From an uncultured Phycisphaerales bacterium (GTDB lineage: Bacteria; Planctomycetota; Phycisphaerae; Sedimentisphaerales; Anaerobacaceae), in NCBI GenBank assembly GCA_963772725.1, contig CAVYYI010000004.1, positions 256,001 to 320,000 on the forward strand: DNA of 64,000 nucleotides, in the 5' to 3' direction. Under the pieces are notes generated by a model. That model worked only from the letters and a program-made list of their open reading frames with translations, ran no database searches and was not told where the DNA came from. A program made the translations under genes and the position numbers. Below, one piece after another: positions 10,359 to 23,585 of this stretch. Every line of letters begins with the position of its first letter. Positions within the stretch are counted from its first letter, which is position 1.

Positions 10359-10817
10359 ATGAATTTAACACAAATATTGCAGATGGATTGTATTAAGGTT
10401 CCGTTAAGCAGTCGCAATAAAGAAGCGGCCATATCTGAACTTATTGATGTGCTTAACAATAAAGGCTTGTTATCCAACAAAGATGTGGCTCTCGACGCCG
10501 TTCTGACCCGCGAAAGAAGCCGAAGCACCGGAATCGGCTCTGGAATCGCCATCCCACACGGCAAATGCAGCGCTGTTAAAAAATTAGTTATGGCGGTCGG
10601 TATTGCCAGAGATGCAATCGATTTCGCGAGCATAGATAAAAAGCCCGTGAAAATCATAATACTTCTCGTTTCTCCACTTGACCAGACTGGCCCCCATATC
10701 CAGGCTTTGGCGAGAATAAGCAGAATCATGCTTGACGAATCTCTCAGGCAGCGGCTTGAAAATGCGGCCTCCGCCTCTGAACTTTACCAGACCATCGCTG
10801 AAAAAGAAGCCGAATAA
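10359..10817 (+). CDS. PTS system EIIA (fructose/nitrogen family)
   Basis: RERSRSTGIGSGIAIPHGK, IDFASIDKKPV, HIQALARIS. Confidence 0.92.
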   Translation: MNLTQILQMDCIKVPLSSRNKEAAISELIDVLNNKGLLSNKDVALDAVLTRERSRSTGIGSGIAIPHGKCSAVKKLVMAVGIARDAIDFASIDKKPVKIIILLVSPLDQTGPHIQALARISRIMLDESLRQRLENAASASELYQTIAEKEAE

Positions 10818-10938
10818 AAGCAATTATTAAACACTGTGAAATCCGTGGCTAATATTTTTTGCTTTGTGCCTTAGTTTCTTCGTGGTTGCCTTTTTTATTC
10901 TGTCTACCGTATTCCGTGTTCTGTATTCTTGGCTTAAT

Positions 10939-13559
10939 TTATTTCCCGCTGACCGTTTCCCAGTGAATCAGTCCCAGTTCATAAGGATTGACCATATCGC
11001 TGTGATTGGGTAATGCCCTTACCGCAAGGCCGTATCTTCCTGAAGTTTTGCAGGGCATCACACCGACAAACCATCGTTCGCCGTCCTGCGAGTTTTTCAA
11101 TATTCCGTCCGGAACCATCTTTACCGCCGAACCGTCCCTGACGTTGCCCCATGCGTCAAGCGGACCATAATAGACCTCAACCGAAACATCGTCCGTATTG
11201 ACTCTGCCAAGCTTGATTAACGCCTTTACAACCAGTTCGGAACCAACCTTAATTTGCGGATGGTCATAATTTGCCGGTATATTTTCCTTGCCGTTTTTGA
11301 TTTCTATTTCAACATTTTTTATGGCAAAATCCGACCAGGCCTTCCTGATGCCGGACTTCCACATTGATAATGCTTTTGCCCGGGACATTGCCTCAGCAGT
11401 CAGGTACTGCCACTTTGCTGCCGCTGGGTTGTAAAATTTCCGCGTGTATTCGCCGACCATTCTGTCGGTATTGAATCTCGGCGTTATTGACTGAACCGCC
11501 GTTTTCATCCTGTGTATCCATGCGCGAGGCAGGCCGTCCGCGGAACGCGTATAAAACAGCGGTACAACCTCATTCTGCAACATATTATAAATTGTCTGAG
11601 ATTCCACGATATCCTGGTAAGCGGGGTCGTCATACTTTTCACCAGAACCGATAACCCACCCGCCTTCCGGCATATATCCTTCGCACCACCACCCGTCCCA
11701 CGTGCTCATATTCAGCGCTCCGTTTAGCGCCGCTTTCATTCCGCTGGTGCCGCTGGCCTCCATTGGGGGTCGCGGATTATTAAGCCAGATATCAACTCCG
11801 CGAACCATAAATCTGGCTACGTCCATATCATAATCTTCAAGAAATACCATTCGACGGCGTACGTCAAACTGGTTGGCAAAGTGAATAATCTGGCGTATAA
11901 TTTCCTTGCCTTCTGTATCTTTCGGATGTGCCTTGCCCGCGAAAATAATCTGAACGGGGCGATTTGTATCATTGAGAATCTTCATCAGCCTTTGCGGGTC
12001 TTTCAAAAGAAGATGACCTCTCTTGTAGCTTGCAAATCTTCTGGCAAATCCGATGGTCATCGCCTCAGGGTCAAGAACCTCATCCGCCCAGTTCAATTCG
12101 GTATGATATGTCCCGCGTCTCTGCATCTGTGCCTTTAATCTTACGCGAGCAAAAGCCACAAGCCTGTTCTTGTTCCGCTGATGTGTGCGCCAAAACTCCT
12201 CATCAGGTATCTGCTCGATGCCTTTCCAGAGTGATTTATCGGCATCTCTTTCGACCCAGTTTGTGCCAAGATACCTCTCATAAAGAGAATTCATTTCCTC
12301 AGAAAGCCAGCTTTTAATATGAACCCCGTTTGTAATCGACGCTATCGGAATCTCATCACCGGGTACCGCCGGCCAAAGACCTGCCCACATCTTTCTCGAT
12401 ACCTCGCCATGCAGTTTGCTCACGCCGTTCCGGTAAGAGCTTAGTCTTATTGCCAGGACAGGCATCTTAAAAGATTCCTTATCGTCTTCTGGATTAAGAG
12501 TGCCGAAGACCTAAAAATTCTTGTTTACTGATGCCCAGGCAGGGAAAATAATTCCCGAAATATTTTTCCATCATTTCAACTGGAAATTCGTCATTACCGG
12601 CTTTTACAGGAGTATGAATTGTGAAAATATTGCCCGATTTAGTCGCTTCAAGAGCTTCGTCAAAGGTCATATTCGGATGCGCCCGCCTTTAATTGCCGTA
12701 TCCGCTCAAGAGACATAAACGCGGCGTGTCCTTCATTCATGTGGCACACCGCTGGAGATATGTCCATTGCGATGAGAGCTCTAATCCGCCGATACCAAGC
12801 ATGACCTCCTGGCGAATCCGCATATCAAGGTCGCCTCCGTAAAGATTCGAAGTTATGGCTCTGTCGTCCGGAGAGTTATAGATTATGTTCGTATCGAGCA
12901 AATATAATTTTGCTCTGCCGACAGAAACTCCCCATATTTGCGCATATACAGTTCTGCCTGGGTATTCCACACTTATCAGTAATGGCTCACCGTTCTGACC
13001 TTTTATCAATTCGATTGGCATATTGTAAAAATCATTTTCAACATAAACTTCCTGCTGCCACCCGTCTATGTTCAGGTATTGCCTGAAATAACCTTTTTGG
13101 TACAGCAGGCCGACGCCAACTAAGGGAATTCCTAAATCGGAAGCGCTCTTTTAAGTGGTCGCCTGCCAAAACTCCCAGGCCGCCAGAATAAAACGGCAGA
13201 CATTCATGTATCCCGAATTCCGCGCAGAAATACGCTATTACAGGCTTGCTGCATTTGCCGCTGACTTTCTCAAACCATGTCGGACTTTCAAGGTACCGCT
13301 TGAGCTTCTCTTCTACTCGCTGCAGTTCACCCACAAATGCCTGGTCCTCTTCCAAAGTATTAAGACGCTCCTGCGATATGTTGCCGAGAAATTTAACCGG
13401 GTTGTGACCGCTTTCATTCCATAAAATGCTGTCTATTCTTTTAAATAGTTCAACGCATTCCGGATTCCACGACCAATACATATTTCTAGCTATCGTCTCC
13501 AGAGCTTTGAGTTTCTCCGGCAACGCGGGCAGAACAAGAAAACTGTGTACTCCTGGCAT
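10939..13559 (-). CDS. glgP: Alpha-glucan (glycogen/maltodextrin) phosphorylase, frameshifted into several ORFs
   Basis: [61 protein letters not shown] (PLP lysine). Confidence 0.93.
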
Positions 13560-13779
13560 CTTGCCTCTCCATTGTTAATCTATAAAATAATAAACTTGCC
13601 GATATTATAGGACAATCAACTGCAATTGTCTTTTCAGCTTAGGTTTAATCGTCAATTCAGCTATTTATCTTAACCCTAAAACCTGCTAATTTATCAACTC
13701 CCTGTTTTTTTATCGTCCGATATAATTCTTTTTGAATTTTCCCCTTTAATCCGAAAGTATGAATGGGTATAATCCCTGT

Positions 13780-14191
13780 ATGGAACAAATTGAACGAATA
13801 GGAATATCGCTTGAGAAAAAACTGCTTTCGCAGTTCGACAATCTGATAGCCCAAAAAGGCTACCAGAACCGTTCAGAGGCTGTCCGTGATTTTGATACGC
13901 GAGCAGCTAAGTAAAACGCATATCGAAAATGAAAAATCATTTGCCGCCGCGGCTGTCTGCATGGTTTACGACCACCATTCCACAAAACTTATGGAAAAAC
14001 TCACCGACTTGCAGCATTCAAAACTTCTCCAGACTGTCTGCACAATGCACATCCACCTCGATGCGCACGATTGTATGGAAATAATTGTCCTGAAAGGCCA
14101 GGTCGGCGAAATTAACAAAACTGCCGACAATATCATCAGCCAAAAAGGCGTAAAAATCGGCAAAACCACATTCTTCCCCGCAAACCATTAG
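13780..14191 (+). CDS. nikR: Nickel-responsive regulator NikR (frameshift near 13888)
   Basis: RIGISLEKKLL..GYQNRSEAVR ribbon-helix-helix; VYDHH and HIHLDAHDCME Ni site. Confidence 0.92.
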
Positions 14192-14271
14192 CAAGGATTT
14201 CAGACCCTAATTTTTCTGTAAATTCCCATTTTTTCTGCTTGACTTGTCCCTGCCTATGGTTTATATTCTCA

Positions 14272-14322
14272 CTACCCAGCTACCCAGCTACCCAGCTACC
14301 CAGCTACCCAGCTACCCAGCTA
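14272..14322. repeat. Perfect tandem repeat (CTACCCAG)x6 + CTA
   Basis: Directly visible 8-bp unit between nikR and kaiC. Confidence 0.95.
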
Positions 14323-14476
14323 TATTTAGGATAAGCGAGAATACAGTGGTAAGGTTGAAGATGGAAAGATGGGAATGGAATTCCGCACGGCTCATACGCA
14401 ATATTCGTACTCTTCAGAAACTCTATAAAAAAAATTACATGATGGTTTTTTAGCTATTTTTAGCCAAATATGAGAA

Positions 14477-16200
14477 ATGGAGTTAAATATGGCAAAGGAA
14501 ACTAATAAAAAACACCCAATAAACGGTCTTGAAAAATGCCCCACCGGAATCGCCGGACTTGATGAAATCACTGAAGGTGGTCTCCCGCGAGGCCGTCCAA
14601 CATTAATTTGCGGTTCGGCGGGCTGCGGCAAGACCCTCCTGGCAATGGAATTTATCACTCGCGGGATTACCGAGTTTAATGAGCCTGGCGTTTTCATGGC
14701 GTTTGAAGAAAACGCCGATGAACTGGCGGTCAATGTCGCCTCGCTCGGGATGGACGTCAAAGAACTTATCCGGCAAAAAGAAACTGGCCGTCGATTATGT
14801 ACATATCGAGAGAAGCGAAATCGAAGAAACCGGTGAATACGACCTCGAAGGTCTTTTTATTCGCTTAGGCAATATGATAGACAGCGTCGGCGCAAAAAGG
14901 GTGGTGCTCGACACCGTCGAAGCGCTTGTTCGCGGGACTGCCCAATGAGGCAATCCTGCGTGCCGAACTTCGCCGGCTTATTCCGCTGGCTAAAGGCCAA
15001 AAAAGTTACAGCCATAATTACCGGCGAACAAGGCGACAAGCATCTCACACGTCACGGTCTGGAGGAATACGTCAGCGATTGCGTCATATTCCTCGACCAC
15101 CGCGTCATTAATCAGGTCGCGACAAGGCGCCTTCGCGTCATAAAATATCGCGGCTCCAAGACACGGCACAAATGAATACCCGACCTTGATTGACGAAACC
15201 GGCCTGTCGGTTATGCCCATCAGCTCATTAGGCCTGACTTATCCGGTCAGTTCCGCAAGGGTTTCGACCGGTATTGCAAGATTGGACACAATGTTCAGCG
15301 GCAAGGGCTACTATTGCGGCACGAGTATCCTGATTAGCGGTACGGCGGGCAGCGGCAAGAGCAGCATGGCCGCGGCGTTTGCCGACAGCATCTGCGGCAA
15401 AGGTGAAAAATGCCTCTATCTTATCGTTCGAGGAATCGCCCGACCAAATCATTCGAAATATGAGTTCCATCGGCTTCGACCTCGGCAAATGGGTCAAAAA
15501 GGGCCTTATGAAATTCCGTTCGGTTCGTCCTACCCTGTATGGCCTCGAAACGCACCTTGTCAGCATTCACAAACTCGTAGAGGATTTCAAGCCGACCGCG
15601 GTGGTTGTGGACCCGGTAACCAACCTGACCACTATCGGTGATACTGATGAAATCAAGGCGATGATGACGCGTATAATTGACTTTTTGAAGAATAAACAAA
15701 TTACCACTGTTTTTACCAGCCTGACAAGCGGAGGCGACGCCTCCGAACAAAGCGAGGTAGGGATTTCATCCCTGATGGATACCTGGATTTTACTTCGAAA
15801 CATCGAAACCGACGGCGAACGAAACCGCCTGCTGTATATTCTCAAGTCGCGAGGGATGGCCCACTCCAACCAGGTCAGGGAGTTTGTCCTCAGCGATAAC
15901 GGCATCAGCCTTCGGGACGTCTATATAGGGTCGGGCACAGTCCTGACCGGTTCTGCTCGTCTGGTTCAGGAGGCCAAAGACCGCTCGCAGGAAATTTTGG
16001 ACAAGCAGGCCTCCGAAACGCAGGCAGCTCGAATTGCGCCAGCAGCAGTTGGCCATCGAGGCCCAAATCGCCGCTCTTAAAGGCCCAAAGTGAAGGGATA
16101 TAGAAAGAGATTAAACAGGTTGCCGCTAACGGCCGGCAAAAGGTCTGCTATAATTAGTCAGCAAAAAAAAGACCTGTCCAGGATTCGAAAAGCGGACTAA
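14477..16200 (+). CDS. kaiC: Double-domain KaiC-family ATPase/kinase (several frameshifts)
   Basis: TGIAGLDEITEGGLPRGR, GSAGCGKT, EEYVSDCVI, KYRGS, second domain GTAGSGKS, ISSLMDTWILLR, KSRGMAHSNQVREF. Confidence 0.93.
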
Positions 16201-16219
16201 GGAAAGAAAGGATTTCCAA

Positions 16220-16540
16220 ATGAAGACATAAAACGCATCAAAAGTTGCCAAAAGCAAACCTAAAAAGCAGTGGGAGCTTCGTCTCTATGTCGCGGGACAG
16301 ACGGCAAGGGCGGTTGCCGCCTTTGCCAATCTCCAGAAGATTTGCAAGGAGCATCTGCCCGGCCAGTATTCTATCGAGGTGATTGACTTGCTGAAAAATC
16401 CGAAACTGGCCGCAGGCGACCAGATTGTCGCCGTCCCGACGCTCGTGCGAAAACTGCCCCAGCCCGTGCGAAAAATCATCGGCGACCTCTCAAATACCCA
16501 GCGAGTCCTCGTCGGGCTTGACCTGCGGCAACGAACTTAA
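16220..16540 (+). CDS. kaiB: KaiB-family protein (frameshift near the start)
   Basis: [51 protein letters not shown]. Confidence 0.9.
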
Positions 16541-16565
16541 ACAAATAAAGAAAGGTTAGAAGGTA

Positions 16566-16913
16566 ATGGAGAAAAAGACAGACTTCGCTACTCGCAAAGG
16601 CATTGGCGAAAAAAGCCAAAGCCGCTGGTAAAGAAAAATATGTCCTGCGGCTTTACGTGGCGGGTATTACCCCTAAATCATCCCAGGCCATTAAAAATAT
16701 CACCCAAATCTGCGAAGAAAATCTCAAAGGCCGTTACGACCTCCATGATAATCGACATTTACCAGCAGCCGACGCTTGCCAGCGGTGAGCAAATTATCGC
16801 CGCCCCGACATTGATTAAGAAACTGCCGCTGCCCTTGCGCAAATTCATCGGCAGTATGGCTAGATAAGGAGAAAATCCTCGTGGGACTGGACCTTCGAAC
16901 CAGAAAAGAGTAA
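16566..16913 (+). CDS. kaiB: Second KaiB-family protein (frameshifted)
   Basis: YVLRLYVAGITPKS..IIDIYQQPTLASGEQIIAAPTLIKKLPLPLRKFIG. Confidence 0.9.
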
Positions 16914-19500
16914 TGAAAAAACCAAAGACATCTAAATCAGTTGCTCAAGGAAAACGAAAACCTGCGAATAAGACTCCAGGAGGCGGAAGATACCCTGCAG
17001 GCCATTCGCGAAGGCGCCGTTGACGCCATCGTTGTCAAAGGCCGAAAAGGTGAGCAGGTCTTTACCCTGACAGGTGAAGAGCAGATTTATCGCACGCTTG
17101 TCGAAACGATGGGTGAAGCCGGTATTACCACAACACCACAGGGGAAAATCCTTTTCTGCAACAGGCAGTTCAGCGAAATGCTCAGCCTTCCTATGGAACA
17201 AATTGTCGGGCAGGATATCGAAAAATTTATTAAGAATTCCGACCGTAAAAAAATGGCGGCACTGCTCATAAAAGCACAGGTCGAACCGTCAAAAAAACGA
17301 TTGGTCTTCCTCGCCCCCAATGGAACCCCTGTCCCTGCGTGGGTTTCCGCCAATCTGCTCGAGTTCGGCGATTCGCCAAGCATCTGCTTTGTCGCTATGG
17401 ACCAGACTGAACTGGAAGCCTCAAAAGAGGCCATGCGACAAATAGCCGAGCAGCGCGAAGAGCTGAAAGTCCAGCAGAAAGAGCTTCGTGTACAAAATGA
17501 TGAGCTTATCCAATCGCAGACGGCACTTTCCAAACTTAACCGGATACTTCACGCTCTTAGCAGCAGTAATCAGGCGATGATGCATTCCACCGATGAAAAG
17601 CAATATCTTAAGGATGTATGCAAAATTATCGTCAATGACTGCGGTTACGCTATGGTCTGGATAGGCTTTGCACAAGACAATAAAGAAAAATCAGTCACCC
17701 CTGTCGCGTATTCCGGTTTTGATAAGGGCTATCTCGAAACTCTGAAAATTACCTGGGCGGACACTGAACGAGGCCGATGCCCCACAGGCACCGCAATCCG
17801 TACCGGAAAAGTCAGCCTGTGCAGAAATATGCTTACAGACCCCAGGTTCAAAACCTGGCGAGCAGAAGCGAAAAAACGCGGCTACGCCTCTTCCATAGCC
17901 CTTCCTTTGATGGAAGGTTCAAAGGCCTTTGGCGCACTTACAATATATTCAAAAGAATCTGACCCATTCTCCACCGATGAGGTTATTTTGCTTACCGAAT
18001 TGGCCAGCGACCTCGCTTATGGAATTGCCGCCATAAGGTCTCGTGCCGCACGACAAAAGGCCGAAGATGCGTTGGGCGCCGCTCACAGGCAAACTCAGAG
18101 CATCATCGACAACGCAACAGCTATCATCTATGCCTTTGATCTGGAAGAGCGTTTTCTGATGGCGAATATCACCATCGCTAAATTGCTCAATTCCACACCA
18201 GAACAAATGATTGGAAAGAGAAGGCATGAATTTATGCCTAAGACTGACGCCGACTGGCACGAGGCAAACGACCGTAAAGTGATCGAGGCGGGAAGGGCGA
18301 TTGAGTTCGAGGAGCACAGCCAGCTTCAGGGTCGCTCGATTACATGGCTTACAACCAAGTTCCCATTGCGCGATGCGCAGGGCAGGATCTACGCGGTCGC
18401 TGGAATCTCCGCTGATGTCTCTGAGCGAAAGCAGGCCGAAGAGGCTCTGCTCGAAGTGCACAATCGTCTTAAAACCGTCTTTGAAAGTATCACCGATGCC
18501 TTTTTCAGCATCGACAAAAACTGGTGCTTTACATACGTCAACGCCGAAGCCGCAAAACTCCTCCAGAAAACCGCTGACCAACTCCTCGGCAAAAATATCT
18601 GGGAAATGTTCCCGCCCGCGGCAGGCTCAGCATTCCAGTACAAATACGAGCTGGCCATTAAAGAGAATAAGGCTGTCCACTTCGAAGAATATTACCCGCC
18701 GTTTAATACCTGGTTCGAAGTACATGCTTATCCGTCCGCTCTCGGACTATCAGTATATTTCAGAGATATTACTGCTAAAAAACAGTATGACGAAAAGCTA
18801 AAAGCCCTGACCACAGAACTTCAACGCTCAAACACCGAACTCCAGCAATTCGCCAACGTCATAAGTCACGACCTCAAGGAACCGCTCCGCGCCATCGACG
18901 GTTTCATGGAACTTCTGAGGCAGCGGTATAAAGAAAAACTCGACGAAAAAGGCGTCTCCTTTATTCAATATGCCATCGACGGCGTAAAACGAATGGACGG
19001 TTTCCTTAAAGGACTCCTTGACTACTCGCGCGTCCAGACACACGATAAACCCATCGTCCTCATATCGGCCGCAATATCCCTCGATATCGCCATTGCGAAT
19101 CTTAAAACCGCCATCAGCGAAACTAATACCCAGATTACCTCCGACGAATTGCCTACAGTCAAAGCCTACGGCGCTCAGCTCTCACAGTTGTTCCAGAACC
19201 TTATACACAACGCAATCAAATTCAAAACCGCCGACGGCCCTCCGAAAATCCATGTCGGATGCCAGAGACAGCAAAACGAATGGCTCTTTTCCGTCAAGGA
19301 TAACGGCATCGGTTTCGACCCCCAGTTCAGCGAACGAATCTTTATGATGTTCCAGCGGCTCCACCCACAGGACAAATATCCCGGTTACGGCGTAGGACTG
19401 GCCATCTGCAAACGAATCGTCGAACGCCTAAACGGAAAAATCTGGGTAGAATCCCAACCCGCACAAAGGCGCAACCTTCTTCTTCACAATCCCCGACTAA
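16913..19500 (+). CDS. PAS-GAF-PAS-PAS sensor histidine kinase (frameshifts at both ends)
   Basis: AIREGAVDAIVV N-terminus, PAS and GAF motifs, SHDLKEPLR H-box, NLIHNAIKF, DNGIG, GYGVGLAIC; start overlaps the kaiB stop (TAATG). Confidence 0.92.
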
Positions 19501-19573
19501 TCGACTCTATTATCTTATTTATTTCTCCGCGCCCTCTGCGTCCTCTGCGTCCTTAGCTGTGAATATTGCACTT

Positions 19574-21334
19574 TTACGCCGTTTTGTGGTCGAGGAATCC
19601 TTCCAGCTTGCGTGCGCGTACTGGGTGCTGCATCTTGCGAATAGCCTTGGCCTCTACCTGCCTGACACGCTCGCGGGTAACCTTAAAGATTCTGCCCACT
19701 TCTTCCAGCGTATAGGTGTAGCCGTCCCCGATACCGTATCGAAGCTTGATGATTTCTCGTTCCCGGTACGAAAGCGTCTTTAGCACCGTATCGATTCTTT
19801 CCCTGAGCATTTCCTGCGTCGCCGATGCCACCGGCGAATCGACATCGTTATCCTCAATGAAATCGCCGAAATAACTGTCCTCGCTCTCGCCAATCGGCCT
19901 ATCGAGACTGATAGGATGCTTCGAAATCTTCAGCACCCGCCGCGTCTCGTCAATACTCATATCGGCTTCTTCCGCAATTTCCTCAATCGTCGGCTCGCGT
20001 CCAAGCTGCTGAACCAGTGTTTTGCTCGCCGTGCGTATGCGGTTCATAGTCTCAATCATGTGCACCGGTATGCGGATAGTTCTGGCGTGGTCGGCAATCG
20101 CCCTGGTTATCGCCTGCCGAATCCACCACGTTGCGTATGTGCTGAATTTATACCCTCTGCGATATTCGTATTTATCCACCGCTCTCATCAGGCCTGTGTT
20201 GCCCTCCTGGATAATATCCAGGAAGCTCAGCCCGCGATTGCGGTACTTCTTGGCTATGGAAACCACCAGCCTCAGATTCGCGCTCGAGAGCATCCGTTTG
20301 GTCTCTTCATATTTAGCGTAAACTATATCCAGAACTCGCAGCCTTCTTTCGAGGTGTGTCGGCGTCTCTACCACCATATCCTGCAGTCCTGCCAGCTCCC
20401 GCTTCATCGACTCGATGTCTTCAACGGTTATATCTCTCGTAATTCCAGCCGCTATTGTCGCTTCCAGCTGCTTCATCTTATGCAGCATACTGTTCAGCTT
20501 GTTTCTCAGCGGCTGAAGTCTGCTCGTTCGCAAACTCAGTTCCTCAAGCAGTGTGGCGATTTTACGCCTGTTCGACAGCAGCTGCTTTAATATCGGTTTT
20601 ATCGCATCCTTATCTCCGATGTGCAGAGATTTCTTAAACAGCTCCTGGTTTTTCCCCAGCAGCTTGTTTATCGTGCCGAGATTTTCTGGAAGCCTCTTTC
20701 TGATTACTGTGCGAATAAGATTTTCCGCCGTGCTTATCTTCATCGTTCTGTCGAAGGATAAATCCCCTTCGAAAACCTGCTGCAGCAGCTCTACCGCGTT
20801 CTTCGCGCAATAATCATTTTCGACAAGTTTTCTCCTAAATGCTATTCTCGCCAGCTCGATTTTCCTCGCCAGCGTAACCTCGTCTTCCCTTGTCAGAAGC
20901 GGAATCTCGCCCATCTGCGTCAGGTACATGCGGATTGGGTCGTCAATTCGTCTGCTCGCCTCTTTGCTGACAAGCTCTTTTTCGAGAAATTCATCCTCTT
21001 CCTTGTAAACTTTTTCGACATCAACTCCCTCCTCATCCGTTATGACAGGAAAATCATCCTCGTCCGGTTTTATTGCGTCAGCCTCATCGATAAGGTTAAT
21101 GCCCATTTCATCAAGGTTCGCAAGCAGCCCGTCTAATTGCGCCGGACTTACTACCTCATCAGGAAGGCTTTCGTTGACCTCCTCGTATGTAAGAAATCCC
21201 TTTTTCTTGCCCTTTTCGATAATACCCTTAATGGCTGCCTCTATATCTAAAGGCTTGACTTCCGCGTCAATCTTCACTTCCCCCGCCTCAAAGGCGTCGG
21301 GTTTATTCGCTTTTACACTTTTTTTGGACATCAA
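19574..21334 (-). CDS. rpoD: Primary sigma factor RpoD
   Basis: [48 protein letters not shown]. Confidence 0.97.
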   Translation of the reverse strand: MMSKKSVKANKPDAFEAGEVKIDAEVKPLDIEAAIKGIIEKGKKKGFLTYEEVNESLPDEVVSPAQLDGLLANLDEMGINLIDEADAIKPDEDDFPVITDEEGVDVEKVYKEEDEFLEKELVSKEASRRIDDPIRMYLTQMGEIPLLTREDEVTLARKIELARIAFRRKLVENDYCAKNAVELLQQVFEGDLSFDRTMKISTAENLIRTVIRKRLPENLGTINKLLGKNQELFKKSLHIGDKDAIKPILKQLLSNRRKIATLLEELSLRTSRLQPLRNKLNSMLHKMKQLEATIAAGITRDITVEDIESMKRELAGLQDMVVETPTHLERRLRVLDIVYAKYEETKRMLSSANLRLVVSIAKKYRNRGLSFLDIIQEGNTGLMRAVDKYEYRRGYKFSTYATWWIRQAITRAIADHARTIRIPVHMIETMNRIRTASKTLVQQLGREPTIEEIAEEADMSIDETRRVLKISKHPISLDRPIGESEDSYFGDFIEDNDVDSPVASATQEMLRERIDTVLKTLSYREREIIKLRYGIGDGYTYTLEEVGRIFKVTRERVRQVEAKAIRKMQHPVRARKLEGFLDHKTA

Positions 21335-21424
21335 TTTTTTCCCTTATTTTCCAATATTCTTAACATCGAAATCACATTTAATACGTTTCCTATGCGGCTT
21401 TTGTTTATTCCGCCTTTTCAACTC

Positions 21425-23197
21425 CTAAGTCATTCCCATACTATGAGGGTTTCGCTTCCCCGCGTTTTCGCAGATGCACCTCAAATCTTCCGCTGTTTTA
21501 ACCTCAGGTCTTTGCCTCAACACCCTATGCCGTTCAATAACCTCCAAGGCCCCGTCAAGCCGGGTACGAAAATTTCCCTTCTCCTCACCTGCCCTGGCCA
21601 GTTCCACCAGCCATGCGCTCATCTCCAGCGACTCCGTCGCCCCTAAAATCTCCGCCAGACTCGCATCAGGTTTCTCCGTCAGTGTCTCAAACAACCCCGC
21701 GACCAAAGTCTTCATCTCGCCCGCGTCAAAATCCCCAGGCGTAACCTTCCCCCGCACAACCTCAAAAAGCCCAGGCTCATTCAGCAGCACCTCAATAACC
21801 TCCCGCTGTGCGTTCGCCTCAAGCCCCTGGCCGAAATTCACACTCCGCACCCTCTGATTCTCAACCGCCGTCGCCTGCCCTGCCCGCGAAACTCTTCTGC
21901 TCAGCTCCACGTTAATTTCCTTACTATCCATCCCGATAACCCGCGACAGTTTATTAACTATCAGCCCCTTCTCCACCGCCGATATCGCACCCGTCCGCAT
22001 CGCCGTCGCTATCGTCTGCAAAAACTCATCTATCGCGTTCTTCCTTCCCGCCACCGTATCATCCGTACTGAAAAGCTGTTTCAGCCTTGCCCATTTATAT
22101 TCAAAAACATCCGCCGCGTTCTCAATCATCGCATCGAAACTTTCCTTGCCCGCTGCCAGCAGGAAATCGCACGGGTCCTTCCCATTCGGCACAGATGTAA
22201 TCTTAATATCGATATGCTGCGTCAGGCAAACCTCCAGCGCCCTGTTTGCCGCCTCAAGCCCCGCCGTATCGCTGTCGAACAGCAAAACAATTTTCTTCGC
22301 GTACCTGCGCAAAAGCCTTCCCTGCCCGCTCGTAAAACTCGTCCCCATCGTCGCGATAACATTTTCGCATCCGAACTGATGCGCCATCAGACAGTCCATA
22401 TACCCCTCGACCGCGATAACAGTCCCTGTCGATACGATATGATGCCTTGCCTGTTCGAGCCCATAAATACTGTTGCTTTTATCGAATAATACCGTTGTTG
22501 GGGAATTGACATATTTCGCCTCCGCCCCATCCAGCGTCCTTCCGCCAAAGGCGATAACCCTTCCGGTAACATCACTAATCGGGAACATCAGCCGGTTTAC
22601 AAACTTGTCCGCAATTCCGCCTCCCGATATCGGTATTACCAAACCCGCCGCTAAAAGGTACTTTGATGAGATTTTCTGCCCCTGCGCCGCCCGAACCAAA
22701 TCATTCTGGTCGATAGCCATCCCCATCTGCCATTTCTTCACGCTTGCGTCATTTATCTGCCTTTGAGCGATATAATCGCGACCGGTTTTGCCCTTTTCCT
22801 TCTGCAGATTCGCCTGAAAATACCGCGCCGCCCAGTTATTCACCCTGGCCAGTTCATTGGGGTCGATATCACTCTGCTCTGTCCTGCTCGGCTCCGCCGA
22901 CCTGGTGAACTTTATTTTCAGGCCTGCGCGTTCGGCCAGCCTTTGAATCGCCTGCGGAAATGTGAGATTCTCGCGCATTTGGACGAATTTGAGAACATCT
23001 CCGCCCGCACCGCACGCGAAACATTTGAATATCTGCTTGCCCGGATTGACGTACATACTCGGCCGATGGTCCTCATGAAACGGACACAGCCCGACCATCT
23101 CCCTCCCCTTGGGTACCAGCCGGACATGCTCGCCTATGACCTCAACTATGTCATTGGCCTGCTGAACCTGCAAAACTATACTATTATCAAACTTCAC
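21425..23197 (-). CDS. dnaG: DNA primase
   Basis: CPFHED..FKCFACG zinc finger, KYVNSP, EGYMD and FDSDTAG TOPRIM motifs. Confidence 0.97.
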   Translation of the reverse strand: MKFDNSIVLQVQQANDIVEVIGEHVRLVPKGREMVGLCPFHEDHRPSMYVNPGKQIFKCFACGAGGDVLKFVQMRENLTFPQAIQRLAERAGLKIKFTRSAEPSRTEQSDIDPNELARVNNWAARYFQANLQKEKGKTGRDYIAQRQINDASVKKWQMGMAIDQNDLVRAAQGQKISSKYLLAAGLVIPISGGGIADKFVNRLMFPISDVTGRVIAFGGRTLDGAEAKYVNSPTTVLFDKSNSIYGLEQARHHIVSTGTVIAVEGYMDCLMAHQFGCENVIATMGTSFTSGQGRLLRRYAKKIVLLFDSDTAGLEAANRALEVCLTQHIDIKITSVPNGKDPCDFLLAAGKESFDAMIENAADVFEYKWARLKQLFSTDDTVAGRKNAIDEFLQTIATAMRTGAISAVEKGLIVNKLSRVIGMDSKEINVELSRRVSRAGQATAVENQRVRSVNFGQGLEANAQREVIEVLLNEPGLFEVVRGKVTPGDFDAGEMKTLVAGLFETLTEKPDASLAEILGATESLEMSAWLVELARAGEEKGNFRTRLDGALEVIERHRVLRQRPEVKTAEDLRCICENAGKRNPHSMGMT

Positions 23198-23585
23198 GCC
23201 GTCTTCTCTGTTATATATAAAACAATATAGGCCGTATATTCATTGCTTATACGGCCTTAAAAATTGCATTTTTAACGCATTTGCTTCACCCTCGAAATAC
23301 GCAAATCAGCTACAAGAGTATAGGACTATTTGCTGAAAAGTCAAATTACACCCACTCAATGGCCGTTTTAATACTGAAAAACGCCATTTTGCTTATTTTG
23401 GACACTTGGCTAAATCACACTTTTTCGCAACGATGCAAAGGAATTTTTGACGGGATAAACGAGATAATCATAATTATTTTAAACCCTCCGCACTGTACGC
23501 CGGACATTATTTTTACCCCCGCAACGACATCAAAACCGCAAAGTTTTGTAGGGCGGGGTTTTACCCCGCCGATTTATCTTATAGG

